A stretch of DNA of 64,000 nucleotides from Octopus sinensis (Eukaryota), in contig NC_042999.1 of assembly GCF_006345805.1 (NCBI RefSeq), positions 248,001 to 312,000 of the forward strand, given 5' to 3'. The notes beneath the pieces are model-generated. The model saw only the letters and a program-made list of their open reading frames with translations, was not told where the DNA came from and made no database searches. This document shows positions 63,395 through 64,000 of this stretch, piece after piece; within the stretch, counting starts at the first letter, position 1; every line of letters starts with the position of its first letter. Both the position numbers and the translations under genes were made by a program.

Positions 63395-63844
63395 TTCCTC
63401 CATGGGTACAGGAAGTCACAAAACGTGAACAACATGAAATACGAAAATAACGTTGGGTACGCAAAGAACGAGAGAAATAAATGAAAAACGAAACAAGTAA
63501 CATAAAAAAAGTCCCTTTCATCAGTTGCGGGCTGTCCTTCTGCTCCTTATTTGGAGCAATGAACGACAAGACAAGATTTTAAAGGCAGTTGCTTCTGTGA
63601 AACAAAATAAAATTTGGGATTTGCGAAGGGTCGAAATTGGTATCAAAAACAGGACATACAACAAACGAAACGAAACGAATACAAACAGGGGTGGGGGGTG
63701 CGTTAGGCTCAGACGAGGTCATCGTTCTTTTCCTGCAGCCTGTTGTGCAGTGAAGACGTATTCCTGTCTGTTTCCTCTCCTATCTTTTCTGTTATCAAAG
63801 AATCTTCTTCCAGCGTTCACTATCTTACCTCGTCTGAGACCTTC

Positions 63845-64000
63845 CCTGTTTGTATTCCCAAGGGAAAGTCAAACGCCGATACAGCTTGGCACCAGTGACG
63901 TCATAACACGTTTCTACAAATGAGTGAACTGGAGCAATGTGAAATATAGCGTCTGGCTCAGGAACACAGCTCACTATCTCGTGATTGGAAGCCTAACACC
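63845..64000 (-). mobile_element. Diverged SINE C-type element cut by the window end
   Basis: tgagtgaactggagcaatgtgaaata..gctcaggaacaca resembles 62070-62120. Confidence 0.7.

Noticed and set aside
22-63569. Dozens of ORFs rich in YI, CV, HT, LS and MY repeats
   Set aside because: They are translations of microsatellites that lack stop codons, not genes

Overview
AT-rich, repeat-saturated animal genomic DNA with no recognisable host protein-coding exon. The SINE/LINE repertoire and extreme microsatellite density suggest an octopus (inference). It contains two decayed CR1-group LINEs (2.9-8.7 kb); fragments of Tx1/L1-like, R4/Dong-like and RTE-like LINEs; three abundant tRNA-headed SINE families (labelled A, B, C here); mariner and DD37D/maT derivatives; MITEs; micro- and minisatellites; and a 100-N gap. 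Most listed ORFs are microsatellite translations. The most notable signal is a set of about six unrelated small modules, mostly beside microsatellites, that carry minimal Penelope-type hammerhead ribozyme folds with palindromic stem III. These include an intact tandem pair with the swapped core GUGANCA (G3-C8), an intact canonical copy, a CCGAUGA variant family, and palindromes in which the hammerhead 3' half is mirrored around stem II. Two SINE-LINE 3'-tail partnerships and SINE self-nesting are also visible. All folds and alignments were done by eye, and SINE boundaries are approximate.
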